Below, piece by piece: positions 1-10,166 of a DNA stretch of 64,000 nucleotides. The stretch covers positions 4,672,001 through 4,736,000 of the forward strand of contig OY969695.1 of NCBI GenBank assembly GCA_963701965.1. The letters run 5' to 3'. How positions within the stretch are numbered: position 1 is the first letter of the stretch; each line of letters opens with the position of its first letter. The translations under genes were made by a program, and so were the position numbers. The notes beneath the pieces are model-generated. The model had not been told where the DNA came from. It saw only the letters and a program-made list of their open reading frames with translations, and made no database searches. This DNA comes from an uncultured Gemmatimonadales bacterium (GTDB taxonomy: Bacteria; Gemmatimonadota; Gemmatimonadetes; Gemmatimonadales; Gemmatimonadaceae).

Positions 1-1910
1 TGACGCTCCCCAGTCCGTATCCGCTGCTCTCGTCCCTGCACTCGACCGCCGATCTCAAGCGGCTGAGTCGCGACGAGCTCAAGGCGCTGGCCGCCGAGGA
101 GCGCGCCCGTCTCATCGACGTGTGCTCGCGGACGGGAGGCCACATCGGCGCCGGGTTGGGAGTCGTCGAGTTGACCACGGCTCTGCACTATGTGTTCGAT
201 ACGCCGCGCGACCAGATCGTGTGGGACGTCGGCCACCAGGCGTACCCGCACAAACTGCTCACCGGCCGCGACGGCCGGATGGAGACGCTGCGCCAGGAGC
301 ACGGGCTCTCCGGTTTCTTGAAGCGCAATGAGAGCGAGTACGACGCGTTCGGCGCGGGGCACGCCGCCACGGCCATCTCGGCGGCGTTCGGGATGGCCGT
401 GGGCCGCGATCTCAAAGGCGAAGCGTTCAAGGTGATCGCGGTGTTGGGCGACGGGGCGCTGACGAGCGGGATGTCGTACGAAGGGCTCAACAACGCGGGC
501 GCGACCAACCGCGACATCATCGTGGTGTTGAACGACAACGAAATGTCGATCGCGCCCAACGTTGGCGCGATCGCCAAGTATCTGAACTTCGTCCAGCGCC
601 ACCCGCTGTACAATCGCGCGCGCTCGGTCATCGGCTCGGCCGTGGATCACGCGCCCGGACCGCTGCATGCGGTGTCCACGCTGGTCAGAAAGTGGGAAGA
701 GAGCGCCAAGGTCTTCCTGACTCCGGGCGCGTTGTTCGAGGCCCTCGGGTTCCGCTACTTCGGCCCGATCGACGGACACGACCTGAACGAGCTCGTGGAC
801 ACGCTGGCCGCCGTGCGGGACCTCAAGACGCCGCGGCTGGTGCACGTGGTCACGCAAAAGGGGAAGGGATTCCCCGCCGGCGAACACGGCGAAAAATGGC
901 ATGCGCTCCCGCCCGGCCACGATCCGGCCACGGGCAAGCAGCTCAAGGCGTCGACCGCGAACGCGAATTACACGACGGTGTTCGGCACCGCCCTCACGGC
1001 CCTGGGCGAGGAGCGCGCCGATCTCGCGGTGATCACGGCGGCGATGCCGTCGGGGACGGGGACCGGGATGTTCGGCAAGAAGTTTCCCGAGCGGTTCTTC
1101 GACGTCGGCATCGCGGAAGGGCACGCCGTCACCTTCGCGGCGGGATTGGCGACGCGCGGGATTCGTCCCGTGTGCGCGATCTACTCGACGTTTCTCCAGC
1201 GCGCCTACGACAGCGTCATCCACAATGTGGCGATCCAGCATTTGCCGGTGGTCTTTGCCATGGACCGCGCGGGGTTGGTCGGCGAGGATGGCCCGACCCA
1301 CATGGGCCTCTATGACATCGCGTACATGCTGGCGGTGCCCGGCATGACCGTGGCCGCGCCCAAGAACGGCACGGAGATGCTCGGCTTGCTGCGGGCCAGC
1401 GTCGAGCATTCGGGTGGCCCGTTCTGCTTCCGCTACCCGCGCGACAGCGCGCCAGACGTGCCCCCGCCAATGGCCAGCGTGCCCGCCGTGCCGTACGGGA
1501 CGTGGGAGGTCCTGCGCAAGGGGAGCGAAGTGGCGATCCTGGCGGTGGGCACCATGGTGGCGCCTGCGCTCGAGGCGGCCGAGACGTTGGCCACCGAGGG
1601 CCTGCGCGTGACGGTCGTCAATTGCCGGTACCTCAAGCCGCACGATGAGCTGACGCTGGCCGCGCTGGTCGGCGATCACAAGCAGTTCCTGGTCGTGGAG
1701 GAGGGGACAGTCGTGAACGGGTTCGGGGCCTACATGTCGGCGGTGATCGGCCCGATGGACGGCGCGGTGCGCGTCCACACGCACGGCGTGCCCGACCGCT
1801 TCATCGAGCAGGCGTCGCGCACCAAGCAGCTGGCGCTGTGCGGCCTCGATGCGACGGGGATCGCGGAGCGGGTCCGGGCGCTACACGAGTCCGAGGCTAT
1901 CGCCGGGTGA
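1..1910 (+). CDS. dxs: 1-deoxy-D-xylulose-5-phosphate synthase (start codon cut by window edge)
   Basis: GHIGAGLGVVELT, WDVGHQAYPHK, GDGA..NDN TPP motif, DRAGLVGEDGPTH. The frame is open upstream of 120 to position 3 (TLPSPYPLLSSLHSTADLK). Confidence 0.97.
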   Translation, partial: TLPSPYPLLSSLHSTADLKRLSRDELKALAAEERARLIDVCSRTGGHIGAGLGVVELTTALHYVFDTPRDQIVWDVGHQAYPHKLLTGRDGRMETLRQEHGLSGFLKRNESEYDAFGAGHAATAISAAFGMAVGRDLKGEAFKVIAVLGDGALTSGMSYEGLNNAGATNRDIIVVLNDNEMSIAPNVGAIAKYLNFVQRHPLYNRARSVIGSAVDHAPGPLHAVSTLVRKWEESAKVFLTPGALFEALGFRYFGPIDGHDLNELVDTLAAVRDLKTPRLVHVVTQKGKGFPAGEHGEKWHALPPGHDPATGKQLKASTANANYTTVFGTALTALGEERADLAVITAAMPSGTGTGMFGKKFPERFFDVGIAEGHAVTFAAGLATRGIRPVCAIYSTFLQRAYDSVIHNVAIQHLPVVFAMDRAGLVGEDGPTHMGLYDIAYMLAVPGMTVAAPKNGTEMLGLLRASVEHSGGPFCFRYPRDSAPDVPPPMASVPAVPYGTWEVLRKGSEVAILAVGTMVAPALEAAETLATEGLRVTVVNCRYLKPHDELTLAALVGDHKQFLVVEEGTVVNGFGAYMSAVIGPMDGAVRVHTHGVPDRFIEQASRTKQLALCGLDATGIAERVRALHESEAIAG

Positions 1911-2764
1911 TCCATCTCGGCGTCATCGGGCACCGCGGGTACGAGCGGTTGCCCGACGTCATGCGCACGTTATCGCGATTGGCGCCCGAGCTCGAGCTGG
2001 CGCTGTACTTCGAGCCGGACCTGCACCAGGTCGCACAGAAAGGCGAACTGCTCACCGGCCCCGCGGCGTTGGGTGGCCTCATCACGCTCGGCGGCGATGG
2101 CACGCTGCTGCGCGGTGCCCGGTTTCTCGCGGGCGCGCCGGTGCCGATCCTGGGCGTCAACTTGGGCCGGTTGGGGTTCCTGACCAGCTGCGGCGTCGAC
2201 GAGCTGGAGGATGGCGTGCGGCGGTTCGCGCGCGGCGAGTATTTCGCCGAGGCGCGGATGGCGCTGGAGGCGGGCGCGCACGATCTCGACGACGCCACGC
2301 GCCGCCGGTGGTATGGGCTCAACGACGTCGTGCTCCACAAGGGTGGTTTCGCGCGGGTGGTGCGGCTGGAGCTTTTCTCCAACGGCGAAGAGGTCGGGGC
2401 CTACACGGCCGACGGGATCATCGTGTCGACACCGACGGGATCGACGGCGTACAGCCTGTCGGCCGGTGGCCCGATCGTGCATCCGACGGTCGAGTCGATC
2501 CTGGTGACGCCGATCTCGCCCCATTCGCTGGCGCTTCGCCCGCTGGTGCTGCCGCCCAACGCCGAGATCGCGGTGTACGTCGAGGATGGGCCGGCCGAGC
2601 TCCTGGTGACGATCGACGGGCAGGTCGGGACGACCTTCTCGACGGGCGACACGCTGCACGTGCGGCGCGCGGGACGTCCCGTGATCATCGTCCAGTTTCC
2701 CGGGACGACGTATTTCGCGCGGCTCCGGCGCAAGCTGGGATGGGGCAGCGTCCCTCACGCGTGA
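1907..2764 (+). CDS. nadK: NAD(+) kinase
   Basis: LGGDGTLL, NLGRLGFL, LND, ADGIIVSTPTGSTAYSLSAGGP. GTGA overlap with the dxs stop. Confidence 0.95.
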   Translation: MIHLGVIGHRGYERLPDVMRTLSRLAPELELALYFEPDLHQVAQKGELLTGPAALGGLITLGGDGTLLRGARFLAGAPVPILGVNLGRLGFLTSCGVDELEDGVRRFARGEYFAEARMALEAGAHDLDDATRRRWYGLNDVVLHKGGFARVVRLELFSNGEEVGAYTADGIIVSTPTGSTAYSLSAGGPIVHPTVESILVTPISPHSLALRPLVLPPNAEIAVYVEDGPAELLVTIDGQVGTTFSTGDTLHVRRAGRPVIIVQFPGTTYFARLRRKLGWGSVPHA

Positions 2765-2774
2765 TCGGGCCGCT

Positions 2775-4481
2775 ATGCTGACCGAGCTGCGCATCCGCCA
2801 TTTCGCCATCATCGAGCAATTGACGCTGCCGCTGGCGCGCGGGTTCAACGTGCTGTCGGGCGAGACGGGGGCGGGGAAGTCGATCATCGTCGACGCGATC
2901 GGGTTGCTGCTGGGCGACCGGGCCAGCGCCAATGTCGTGCGCACGGGCGCCGAGCGGGCGACGGTGGAGGGCGTGTTCGACGTGGCCGACCATCCGGAGT
3001 TGGCGGCGCTCCTCGACACCCGCGGCATCAATGTCGACGAGTCGCGCGTCGTGCTCAAGCGGGAGGTGTCCTCGGCGGGTCGGGCGCGGGCATGGATCAA
3101 CGGCTCCACGGTCACCGCCGCGGTGCTGGCCAATGTCGGCCGCTGGTTGGTGAGCTTGCACGGGCAGCACGAGGCCGAGACGCTGCTCAATGCCGATGCG
3201 CAGCTGGCGATCCTGGATACGTTCGCGGGTGCCGGCGAGCTGGCGGCGCGCGTGCGCGCGGCGTATGACGCGCTGGTGGCGGTGCGCCGGGAGCGGGGCG
3301 AGCTGGCGGCCCGCCGGGTGGAGGCCGAGCGCCGCGCCGATTATCTGCGGCATGTCGTCGAGGAGATCGACGCTGCCAGACTCGTGGCGGGGGAAGATGC
3401 GCGTCTCGAGGAAGAAGTCCGGCGGCTGACGCACGCCGACGAGTTGCGGCAGCTGGCGGGCGGGGCGGCGGCGGCGCTGGATGGCGACGACGAAGCCGTG
3501 CTGCGACGCCTCGGCGCGCTGCAACGCGCATTGGCATCGCTCCGGCGCATCGATCCGGCGCTCGACCGGTTGCAGGAGCTTTACGATTCGGCGTACTACA
3601 ACATCGAGGAGCTGGCGCGGGCGCTCGAGGAGTACGAAGAGGGGATCGAGCTGGATCCGGATCGACTGGTGGATGTCACGCGTCGGCGGGATCTGGTGTT
3701 GCGGCTCATGAAAAAGCATGGGGCGTCGCTCGACGACGTGATCGAGACGGGGCGACGGGCGCGGGCCGAGCTCGATCTCGTCGACTCGGCGGCGTTCGAT
3801 TTGGCGCGGTTGGAGCGCGCGGAGGCGGCGGCGCTGGCGGAGCTCGCGGCCGGCGCGGAGCGGCTGACGGCGGCGCGGCGCGCCGCGGCGGACCGGTTGG
3901 CGGAGTCGGTCGACGCCTTGTTGCCGGAGCTCGGCATGGGGGGCGGCCGGTTTCGGGCCGAGCTCGTGCCGCGGGGCGAATCGGGGGCGCACGGGGCGGA
4001 AGACGTGACGTTCGCGGTGCAGCTCAACGTGGGGCACGATATGCGGCCGCTGGCCCGCGTGGCGTCCGGCGGTGAGCTGTCGCGCGTCATGCTGGCGCTG
4101 GAGACCATCCTGGCCCGGGCGGACCGGGTGCCCACACTGGTGTTCGATGAAGTCGATGCGGGGATCGGTGGGCGGGTGGGGTTGCAAGTGGGCGATGCCC
4201 TCCGGCGTTCCGCGGAGCATCACCAGGTGTTCGCCATCACGCATCTGCCGCAGATCGCGGCCCGCGCGCATCATCACATCCTGGTGCGGAAGGACGCGGC
4301 GGGCGGCGTCACGACCGCGGATGTCACCGTGGTCGAAGGCGACGCGCGAGTCGACGAGATCGCGCGCATGTTGGGCGGCGACCCCGAGAGCGACGTCAGC
4401 CGTGCGCACGCCCGCGAGCTTCTCGCCGCGGCCGAGCCTGTCAGCAAACGGGCGCGGGGTTTGCACAAGAGGCGGTCATGA
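2775..4481 (+). CDS. recN: DNA repair protein RecN
   Basis: Walker A GETGAGKS, ASGGELSR signature, FDEVDAGIGG, ITHLPQIAA. Typical nadK-recN order. Confidence 0.97.
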   Translation: MLTELRIRHFAIIEQLTLPLARGFNVLSGETGAGKSIIVDAIGLLLGDRASANVVRTGAERATVEGVFDVADHPELAALLDTRGINVDESRVVLKREVSSAGRARAWINGSTVTAAVLANVGRWLVSLHGQHEAETLLNADAQLAILDTFAGAGELAARVRAAYDALVAVRRERGELAARRVEAERRADYLRHVVEEIDAARLVAGEDARLEEEVRRLTHADELRQLAGGAAAALDGDDEAVLRRLGALQRALASLRRIDPALDRLQELYDSAYYNIEELARALEEYEEGIELDPDRLVDVTRRRDLVLRLMKKHGASLDDVIETGRRARAELDLVDSAAFDLARLERAEAAALAELAAGAERLTAARRAAADRLAESVDALLPELGMGGGRFRAELVPRGESGAHGAEDVTFAVQLNVGHDMRPLARVASGGELSRVMLALETILARADRVPTLVFDEVDAGIGGRVGLQVGDALRRSAEHHQVFAITHLPQIAARAHHHILVRKDAAGGVTTADVTVVEGDARVDEIARMLGGDPESDVSRAHARELLAAAEPVSKRARGLHKRRS

Positions 4482-4801
4482 TTGCAACGGTCCGCGCGCT
4501 GTGTGTCATCGTCCTGTGCGCCGCGGCGCCCCGTGTCATGGTGGCGCAAGACACGACCCATCACGATTCGTCGGCCGTCAAGCGCAAGGCGAACAACACG
4601 GTCGACAACGCCGGCGAAGGCGTGAAGAAGGCGAACGATCAAGTCGGCAAAGGGGCTTACGACGCGGGCACGGGTGTGAAGAACCTGTTCCGGGGCAAGA
4701 AGTCGACGAAGGCCCATGTCGACTCCGCGGGGGTCAAGCACGACTCCACGAAGGTGAAGCGCGATACGACGAAGGTGAAGCGCGACGCGACGCCGCCCTA
4801 A
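4478..4801 (+). CDS. Small secreted hypothetical protein with C-terminal heptad repeats
   Basis: Signal-peptide-like N-terminus, ATGA overlap with recN, D(S/T)xxVK(H/R) repeats. Confidence 0.65.
   Translation: MIATVRALCVIVLCAAAPRVMVAQDTTHHDSSAVKRKANNTVDNAGEGVKKANDQVGKGAYDAGTGVKNLFRGKKSTKAHVDSAGVKHDSTKVKRDTTKVKRDATPP
4721..4792 (+). repeat. Imperfect 21-bp tandem repeat, about 3.5 copies, in coding sequence
   Basis: gactccgcgggggtcaagcac / gactccacgaaggtgaagcgc / gatacgacgaaggtgaagcgc / gacgcgacg. Confidence 0.8.
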
Positions 4802-5358
4802 CGGGCGCGCGTCGTCGCTCCCTGCTGCGCGTCGCGGATCGTGTCGTAGACCTTCTTCGCGGCCGGGATCATCTCGAAGCTCGGCACGTCTGGTTTGCCG
4901 GTCCACATCCTGGTGGATCGGCCCCAGGCCTGCACGGCCGGGCGCCCGAAGGTGATCGTGCCGGTGCCATCGGGACTCTCGTTCAGCGCGATGTCCGTCA
5001 CGGTGCCGATGTTGAGCGACTGGAGCGACGGAGCGAAGCCACGGGCGGCGATGAGAATGCGTTGCGTGGTGACCCCGTAGGTCGTGTCGCGCCGGCGGCG
5101 AGCGTCCCAGAAAAAGCGTCCGACCGTGATGTAGAGGCCGACCAGCACGAAGGGGATGCCCCACAGTTTGAATAACCAGGGCGCGCGGGCGGTCACGACC
5201 GTGGATTCCCAGAAGACGGCGAAGCCACCCCAGAGGAGGCTGAACGGGATGGCGAGCGCGTCGGAGGGGCGAAGCGCAAGGCCCTGACGGGGGACGCCGG
5301 ACCACAGCAGCTGCTCACCCGCGGCGAGCGGGAACTGCACCGACGTGGGGCCCGGCAT
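4798..5358 (-). CDS. Membrane protein with bacterial PH-like domain
   Basis: GEQLLWSGVP, two hydrophobic helices, TTYGVTTQRILI, DGTGTITFG. Confidence 0.75.
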   Translation of the reverse strand: MPGPTSVQFPLAAGEQLLWSGVPRQGLALRPSDALAIPFSLLWGGFAVFWESTVVTARAPWLFKLWGIPFVLVGLYITVGRFFWDARRRRDTTYGVTTQRILIAARGFAPSLQSLNIGTVTDIALNESPDGTGTITFGRPAVQAWGRSTRMWTGKPDVPSFEMIPAAKKVYDTIRDAQQGATTRAR

Positions 5359-5367
5359 GGTACCCGC

Positions 5368-7059
5368 CTAGAATGAGAAGTCGCGCTTCCCTAGTAGACG
5401 AAAATACAGGCGCAGGGTGACCGAGTCGACGAATGTCTTGGGGAGATAGCCGCCGGTGGCGGTGATCGTCTCGTAGTGCAGGTACGAGATATCGAGCGGC
5501 AGCCAGGGATGCTTGCGGAGGGCCGCGGCGGCGACGGTCGAGAACGTGAGGCCGAACCCGACCCGTTGGGTCGTGTAGTCGGTGTTGAGCCCGAGGACGG
5601 CGGCGTTGAGCTTGACCGGGCCGATGCCGGTCTGCGCCGAGTCGAGCGAGAGCGTGCCGGTGTAAGTATCCGCGTCCTTGTGGCGGAAGAGATAGAACCC
5701 CGAGACGACGAAGTAGTCGTTGACCGTGTAGTGCGGGTCGACCTCGAGCTCCAGCGCGTTGCCGAGGCGCCGGCTCACGGTGGTGAGCGAGTACAGCGGG
5801 TTGAGGACTTCCCCCTCCGCGCCCGGGATGCGCGTGACGATGTTGTCGCTCAGCTGATAGGTGCCGCGCCCCACGATGGTTGCCCACAGGTGCTTGCCGA
5901 AGAGCAGGTCCGTCGCCACGTGCCCTTCGACCGCGTTCTCGCCGGTGCCGGTGCCCGGGTCGAGCAGCACGTTCTGCGCGGGCGGCGCCCCGGTGCCGAG
6001 CCGGAACAACCCGGTGACGGCGAGGCGATAGTTGAACCCATGCGGGTGCAGGCGCAGCGTGTCATTGCCGTGGAACGAATCGAACAACTGGTACGTGGCG
6101 CTGACCTCGGCATCGCCAATGCCGTAGGTGTCAATGTCGCGCAGCGAGTCGACCGCGAATCCGAACGTTGTGTCAGTGAGCAGCGAGTCGAACTCGGCGA
6201 CACCGGCGCGGGCCGGCGCCGCGACCGGTTGCACGAGCGTGATGACCGGTAAGCCGATCGTGCGGAACGCGCTGTTGAACTGCGCGGTGAGTGACGAATC
6301 CCGGCTGTTGATCTGATTCTGGACGGTGGATCCGTTGACGGGGACGACGAGGGCGCCGGCGCCGCCGGGACCGCCGTAGACCTGGGCCACGCCATTGGCG
6401 AACGTGTTGCCCTGGGCGACGAGATTTTGCAGGGCGCTGCGTTCGCTATTGATGGCGGCGCAGTGCGGCGCGGCGGGATTCGCGGCGCAGGAGGCCAAGG
6501 CTTGCTGTAAGGTGCGGGCGGCGTTTTGGAATTGCGTGAACACGCCCGCGTCGGTCGCCAGCGCTTGGGCCGAGCCGAGCGCGGGGTTGAAGGCGACGTT
6601 GCCTTCGAAGCGCGTGGGATTGACGTTCAGGAAAATGTTCTGGCGCGTGTGCACGATCGGCAGTCGGGCCCGGATCGTGAGGTGTTTCGTGATCCCGGCT
6701 TCCAACGAGATCGGGAACGACTCGACGCGCACGTCGGAGCCGGTCACAACCTTGCCAAAGTTGAGGACGAAGTTCTGGTCGCCGGTCAGCGTGCGGATGC
6801 CCGCTTGCGACGGCGCGAACGCCGGCACCTGGGCGACGCCGAGGGTGTCGAAGTTGAGGGCGGCGGCGCGCGGTTGGAGCGAGCCATCGGGCGCCCAGAA
6901 CTGGTTTTCGCGCGTGTTGTCGTCGCCGAACCAGAGGCGGACGACGCCGCCCGGCAGCGTGCGCGCCTCGTCGCCGGGGACGGGCACCGGCTGGGCGCCC
7001 ACCCGGAATGCGGCTACGAGCGCGACGAGGAGTAGTGAGCACGCGGCTCGAAGCGGCAC
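5368..7059 (-). CDS. Exported hypothetical protein, probably outer-membrane beta-barrel
   Basis: 563-aa ORF with signal peptide, amphipathic beta-strand pattern and terminal Phe. Confidence 0.7.
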   Translation of the reverse strand: MPLRAACSLLLVALVAAFRVGAQPVPVPGDEARTLPGGVVRLWFGDDNTRENQFWAPDGSLQPRAAALNFDTLGVAQVPAFAPSQAGIRTLTGDQNFVLNFGKVVTGSDVRVESFPISLEAGITKHLTIRARLPIVHTRQNIFLNVNPTRFEGNVAFNPALGSAQALATDAGVFTQFQNAARTLQQALASCAANPAAPHCAAINSERSALQNLVAQGNTFANGVAQVYGGPGGAGALVVPVNGSTVQNQINSRDSSLTAQFNSAFRTIGLPVITLVQPVAAPARAGVAEFDSLLTDTTFGFAVDSLRDIDTYGIGDAEVSATYQLFDSFHGNDTLRLHPHGFNYRLAVTGLFRLGTGAPPAQNVLLDPGTGTGENAVEGHVATDLLFGKHLWATIVGRGTYQLSDNIVTRIPGAEGEVLNPLYSLTTVSRRLGNALELEVDPHYTVNDYFVVSGFYLFRHKDADTYTGTLSLDSAQTGIGPVKLNAAVLGLNTDYTTQRVGFGLTFSTVAAAALRKHPWLPLDISYLHYETITATGGYLPKTFVDSVTLRLYFRLLGKRDFSF

Positions 7060-7134
7060 GACGGGGAAGGGGGTTTAAGTTCTTGTGGGAGAAAGAGTAA
7101 AGTACGTCGTTGGGACCGTTGACGCAGGCCGCGG

Positions 7135-7164
7135 AGAGTAGCAACCTTCCCACCGCAATGTCAA
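7135..7164 (-). promoter_or_regulatory. Sigma70-like promoter for the 5368-7059 gene
   Basis: Minus strand TTGACA-N18-TACTCT. Confidence 0.55.
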
Positions 7165-7180
7165 CCCGAGTGGCTACCCC

Positions 7181-8947
7181 GTGAGCCTACGGCCGATCCC
7201 TCCCGTCCGGTGGCACGTCACGGGAAACCACTGGCTGGCGCTCCCCTGCATTCATCCGGAGACGGCGGCCATTCACGCGCTGGGTTTGCTGAACCGCGGC
7301 GCGCGGTCGGCGATCGAGTTCGCGGGCGACGCGGGGTTCGTCGACGGCGTCGGCCCCCCGCTGTTTCGCCTGACGCTCGCGGTGGACGGGGCGCCGGTCT
7401 CGGGCGCATTGACGTGGGAGCGGGCCCAGGATTGGGTGCCGGCGTACACGTGGTCCGCGCGGGATCTCGTGGTGCGCGGAGCGATCTTTTCGCCGTACGG
7501 CCGGGACATCAATGTCCCGGGTGCCGTGCACGCCGTGGCGATCGAGAACCGGGGCTCCGCTCCCGTCACCGTGGCGGTGACGTTCAATGGGACCTTGGGG
7601 CATCGCCAGCATCGCGTGCGGACGGCCCGGTCGTTCGACGACGCGCATGTCGTGGCGCGGGTCGGCGACGCGGTGATCTTGGAGGGGGCGTCGCTGCCGG
7701 GCGCGGCGGCGCTCGCGGTGAGTGCCGATGGCCTGGTCGGCATCGAGACTGCGGGCGCTCCCGCGTTCGCGTTGCGCCGTGCGGTGTCCATCGCCCCGGG
7801 CGAGTCAGCGGATGTCGCCTTTTACATCGCGGCCGGTCCGGAGCGGGATGGCGCGGTGGCGACGGGGGTGGCCATGCGCCGGCGGGGGTGGCGCGATCTC
7901 TTGCAGGCCACGCGCGAGGCGTTGCGGCGGTTGGGGCAGACGACGGGATCGGAGGCGCTGGACACGGTCGTGAACCGGAATCTCGTGTTCGCTTACTTCT
8001 ACGCGATCGGGCGGGCGCTGGACGACGCGCACTATTACTTCATGCGGTCGCGAGCGCCGTGGAACGGGCGGGGCGTGACGGTACGCGACTGGGATGCGCT
8101 GGCGCTCGCGCTCCCCGCGGTGCAATTGGCCGACGCGCCATTGGCGCGCGAGCTCTTGCTGCGGGCCTGCGAGCTGCACGGGTACGCGCCGGGGCGCGGC
8201 GTGAACTATCTCGACGGGACGATGTTCGAGCCGGGGTTCTCGCTCGAGGGTGTGGCGTCGTACGCGCTGGCGACGGAGCGGTACATCCGGGAGACGGGCG
8301 ACGACCAGATCGTCGAGGAGCCGGTGATCGCCGACACGTTGTACGCCAGCGCCGACGATCTCGCGGCGCGGCGCAACGCCGGCGTGCCGCTCTACGCCAC
8401 CGAGGTCTCGCCGTCCGGCGAGCGCGTGGCGTTGCCGTACACGTTGCACGCGAATGCGGTGGCGGCCATGGCGCTCGACGTGTTCCAGCGGACGTTGGAC
8501 GCCGAGACGGCGAAGGGCGTCGAGGATCCGAGCGCGGTGCGGGCGGCGATTTTGCGGCAGTTCGCGGTGGAGCGCGGCGGGAAGCCGACGTTGGCGGCGG
8601 CGATCGACTTGAATGGCGGGGTGTCGACGGTCGACGATCCCGTGGCGTCGGCGCTGTGGCTGCCGTTGTACGAGACGTTCGACCGGTCGGAGTCGGTGTT
8701 TCGCCGGACGGTGAAGGCGATCCCCGCGGACCGGTCGTCGCTCATCCGCCAACTGGCGCGTCTCGTGGGGCCCGACGCATCCGGTGTGCTGGCGTGGCTT
8801 CGGGACGCGCCGTTGGACAACGGTCTGGCTGCGGAGCAGCTGGACGAGACGGGGGCGGCGGTGGCCAACGGCGGGGACGCGACGTTGGCCGGACTGCTCG
8901 CCTATACCGTATGGTATGCCATCCATGCTTTGGGGGTGGCCCCGTAA
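7181..8947 (+). CDS. Six-hairpin glycosidase-like protein (possibly GH125-related)
   Basis: 588-aa ORF. Beta-rich N-half and helical C-half ending DNGLAAEQLDETG..GGDA. Family assignment tentative. Confidence 0.55.
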   Translation: MSLRPIPPVRWHVTGNHWLALPCIHPETAAIHALGLLNRGARSAIEFAGDAGFVDGVGPPLFRLTLAVDGAPVSGALTWERAQDWVPAYTWSARDLVVRGAIFSPYGRDINVPGAVHAVAIENRGSAPVTVAVTFNGTLGHRQHRVRTARSFDDAHVVARVGDAVILEGASLPGAAALAVSADGLVGIETAGAPAFALRRAVSIAPGESADVAFYIAAGPERDGAVATGVAMRRRGWRDLLQATREALRRLGQTTGSEALDTVVNRNLVFAYFYAIGRALDDAHYYFMRSRAPWNGRGVTVRDWDALALALPAVQLADAPLARELLLRACELHGYAPGRGVNYLDGTMFEPGFSLEGVASYALATERYIRETGDDQIVEEPVIADTLYASADDLAARRNAGVPLYATEVSPSGERVALPYTLHANAVAAMALDVFQRTLDAETAKGVEDPSAVRAAILRQFAVERGGKPTLAAAIDLNGGVSTVDDPVASALWLPLYETFDRSESVFRRTVKAIPADRSSLIRQLARLVGPDASGVLAWLRDAPLDNGLAAEQLDETGAAVANGGDATLAGLLAYTVWYAIHALGVAP

Positions 8948-8954
8948 CGGCCGG

Positions 8955-8983
8955 TTGATCGGCTGTGACGCGATCGCTATACT
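8955..8983 (+). promoter_or_regulatory. Promoter of tRNA-Gly
   Basis: TTGATC-N17-TATACT, 12 nt before the tRNA. Confidence 0.7.
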
Positions 8984-8995
8984 TTTTCGGCAGTT

Positions 8996-9068
8996 GCGGG
9001 AATAGCTCAGTTGGTAGAGCACAACCTTGCCAAGGTTGGGGTCGCGGGTTCGAGTCCCGTTTCCCGCT
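8996..9068 (+). tRNA. tRNA-Gly (GCC), CCA not encoded
   Basis: Acceptor stem GCGGGAA/TTCCCGC, D arm GCTCAGTTGGTAGAGC, anticodon arm CAACC-TTGCCAA-GGTTG, T loop GGTTCGAGTCC. Confidence 0.98.
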
Positions 9069-9087
9069 CTGTTTCGCAACAACCTCC

Positions 9088-9115
9088 GGGCCTAGCGGCA
9101 CCAGCCGCTGGGCCC
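9088..9115 (+). terminator. GC-rich hairpin after tRNA-Gly
   Basis: gggcctagcggc-acca-gccgctgggccc, with no strong U-tract. Confidence 0.5.
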
Positions 9116-9185
9116 GTGGCACTAGTGTCCGGCACTATCGCCGTTGCATTCGGCACCACACAGCGCTAGCGGCTGGCTGATCCGA

Positions 9186-9239
9186 TTGACCAACTTGACC
9201 AATCGCGCCAGCCTGGGGTAGATTGGTCTACTAGACCAA
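9186..9239 (+). promoter_or_regulatory. TA operon promoter and operator
   Basis: TTGACC(9195)-N18-TAGATT, perfect palindrome TTGGTCTA-C-TAGACCAA at 9223-9239, and TTGACCAA twice upstream. Confidence 0.7.
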
Positions 9240-9252
9240 CCGGACTGCTGCC

Positions 9253-9516
9253 ATGGCCGCTATAAATCTGTATGACGCCAAAACACATCTGTCGGCGCTC
9301 GTCGATCGCGCAGCCGAAGGCGAGGAGATTGTCATCGCCAAGGCGGGGACTCCGCGCGCGCGCCTCATGCCCTTGGAGTCCTTAAAACCCAATCGGGCTC
9401 CGGGCGGCTGGGAGGGCGCTGTTTGGATGTCTGAGGACTTCGACGCGCCTTTGCCTGCCGAGATCTTGGCGGGATTTCAGGGGGTGCCGAGGCGACGTCC
9501 GCATCGCCATAAGTGA
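9253..9516 (+). CDS. Phd/YefM family antitoxin
   Basis: INLYDAKTHLSALVDRAAEGEEIVIAKAGTPRARL, ending DFDAPLP. Confidence 0.93.
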   Translation: MAAINLYDAKTHLSALVDRAAEGEEIVIAKAGTPRARLMPLESLKPNRAPGGWEGAVWMSEDFDAPLPAEILAGFQGVPRRRPHRHK

Positions 9517-9887
9517 AACTGCTACTCGATACCCACATCGTTCTCTGGTGGCGGTCGAATGATCGCCGCCTTTCTCGCGAGGTGCGACGCGCCATCTCGA
9601 CGGGCGACGCTGTCCTGGTGAGTAGTGCGTCGGCGTGGGAAGTAGCGATCAAGTCGGCCCTCGGCAAATTGCGGATCCCTGGCCCGTTTGAAGCGGGCGT
9701 GGACGACAGCGGGTTCACACAACTGCCGATCACATTCGCCCACGCCGCGGCGGTCGCGGTACTTCCACCCCATCACGCCGATCCATTCGACCGGATGCTG
9801 ATCGCTCAGGCCGTCGTCGAAGGATCCACGATCGTGACGGCCGACGAACAGTTCCGGGCTTACGGTATTCCAGTGCTTTGGGCCTGA
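9513..9887 (+). CDS. vapC: VapC family PIN-domain toxin
   Basis: LLLDTH, SAWEVAIK, HADPFDRMLIAQA, IVTAD. Overlaps the antitoxin stop. Confidence 0.93.
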   Translation: MKLLLDTHIVLWWRSNDRRLSREVRRAISTGDAVLVSSASAWEVAIKSALGKLRIPGPFEAGVDDSGFTQLPITFAHAAAVAVLPPHHADPFDRMLIAQAVVEGSTIVTADEQFRAYGIPVLWA

Positions 9888-10166
9888 CCTTCTCGGCCAA
9901 TCGCCACGCAGTTGAGCGGCTTGGCGAGCCGGCTCACGAACAGAGCCGGCCGCCACGTGACCAAGATCTCGAGAGCCGCTCGATTGGCACCAGAGGGTGC
10001 GCCAAAGTCGGCGCCGCGGCGAAGCAGGACCGAGGTGCTTCTAAGCGGGCACCAAGGGCACCCTGGCCCGTAGACGTGTCGCGGCCTGCCTGTTGTTCCC
10101 TGCACGGCAGGCGCGCTTGGCTGCGTGGGGCGCGCACTGTGGTGACGGCCGTTATACACTGGCGCC

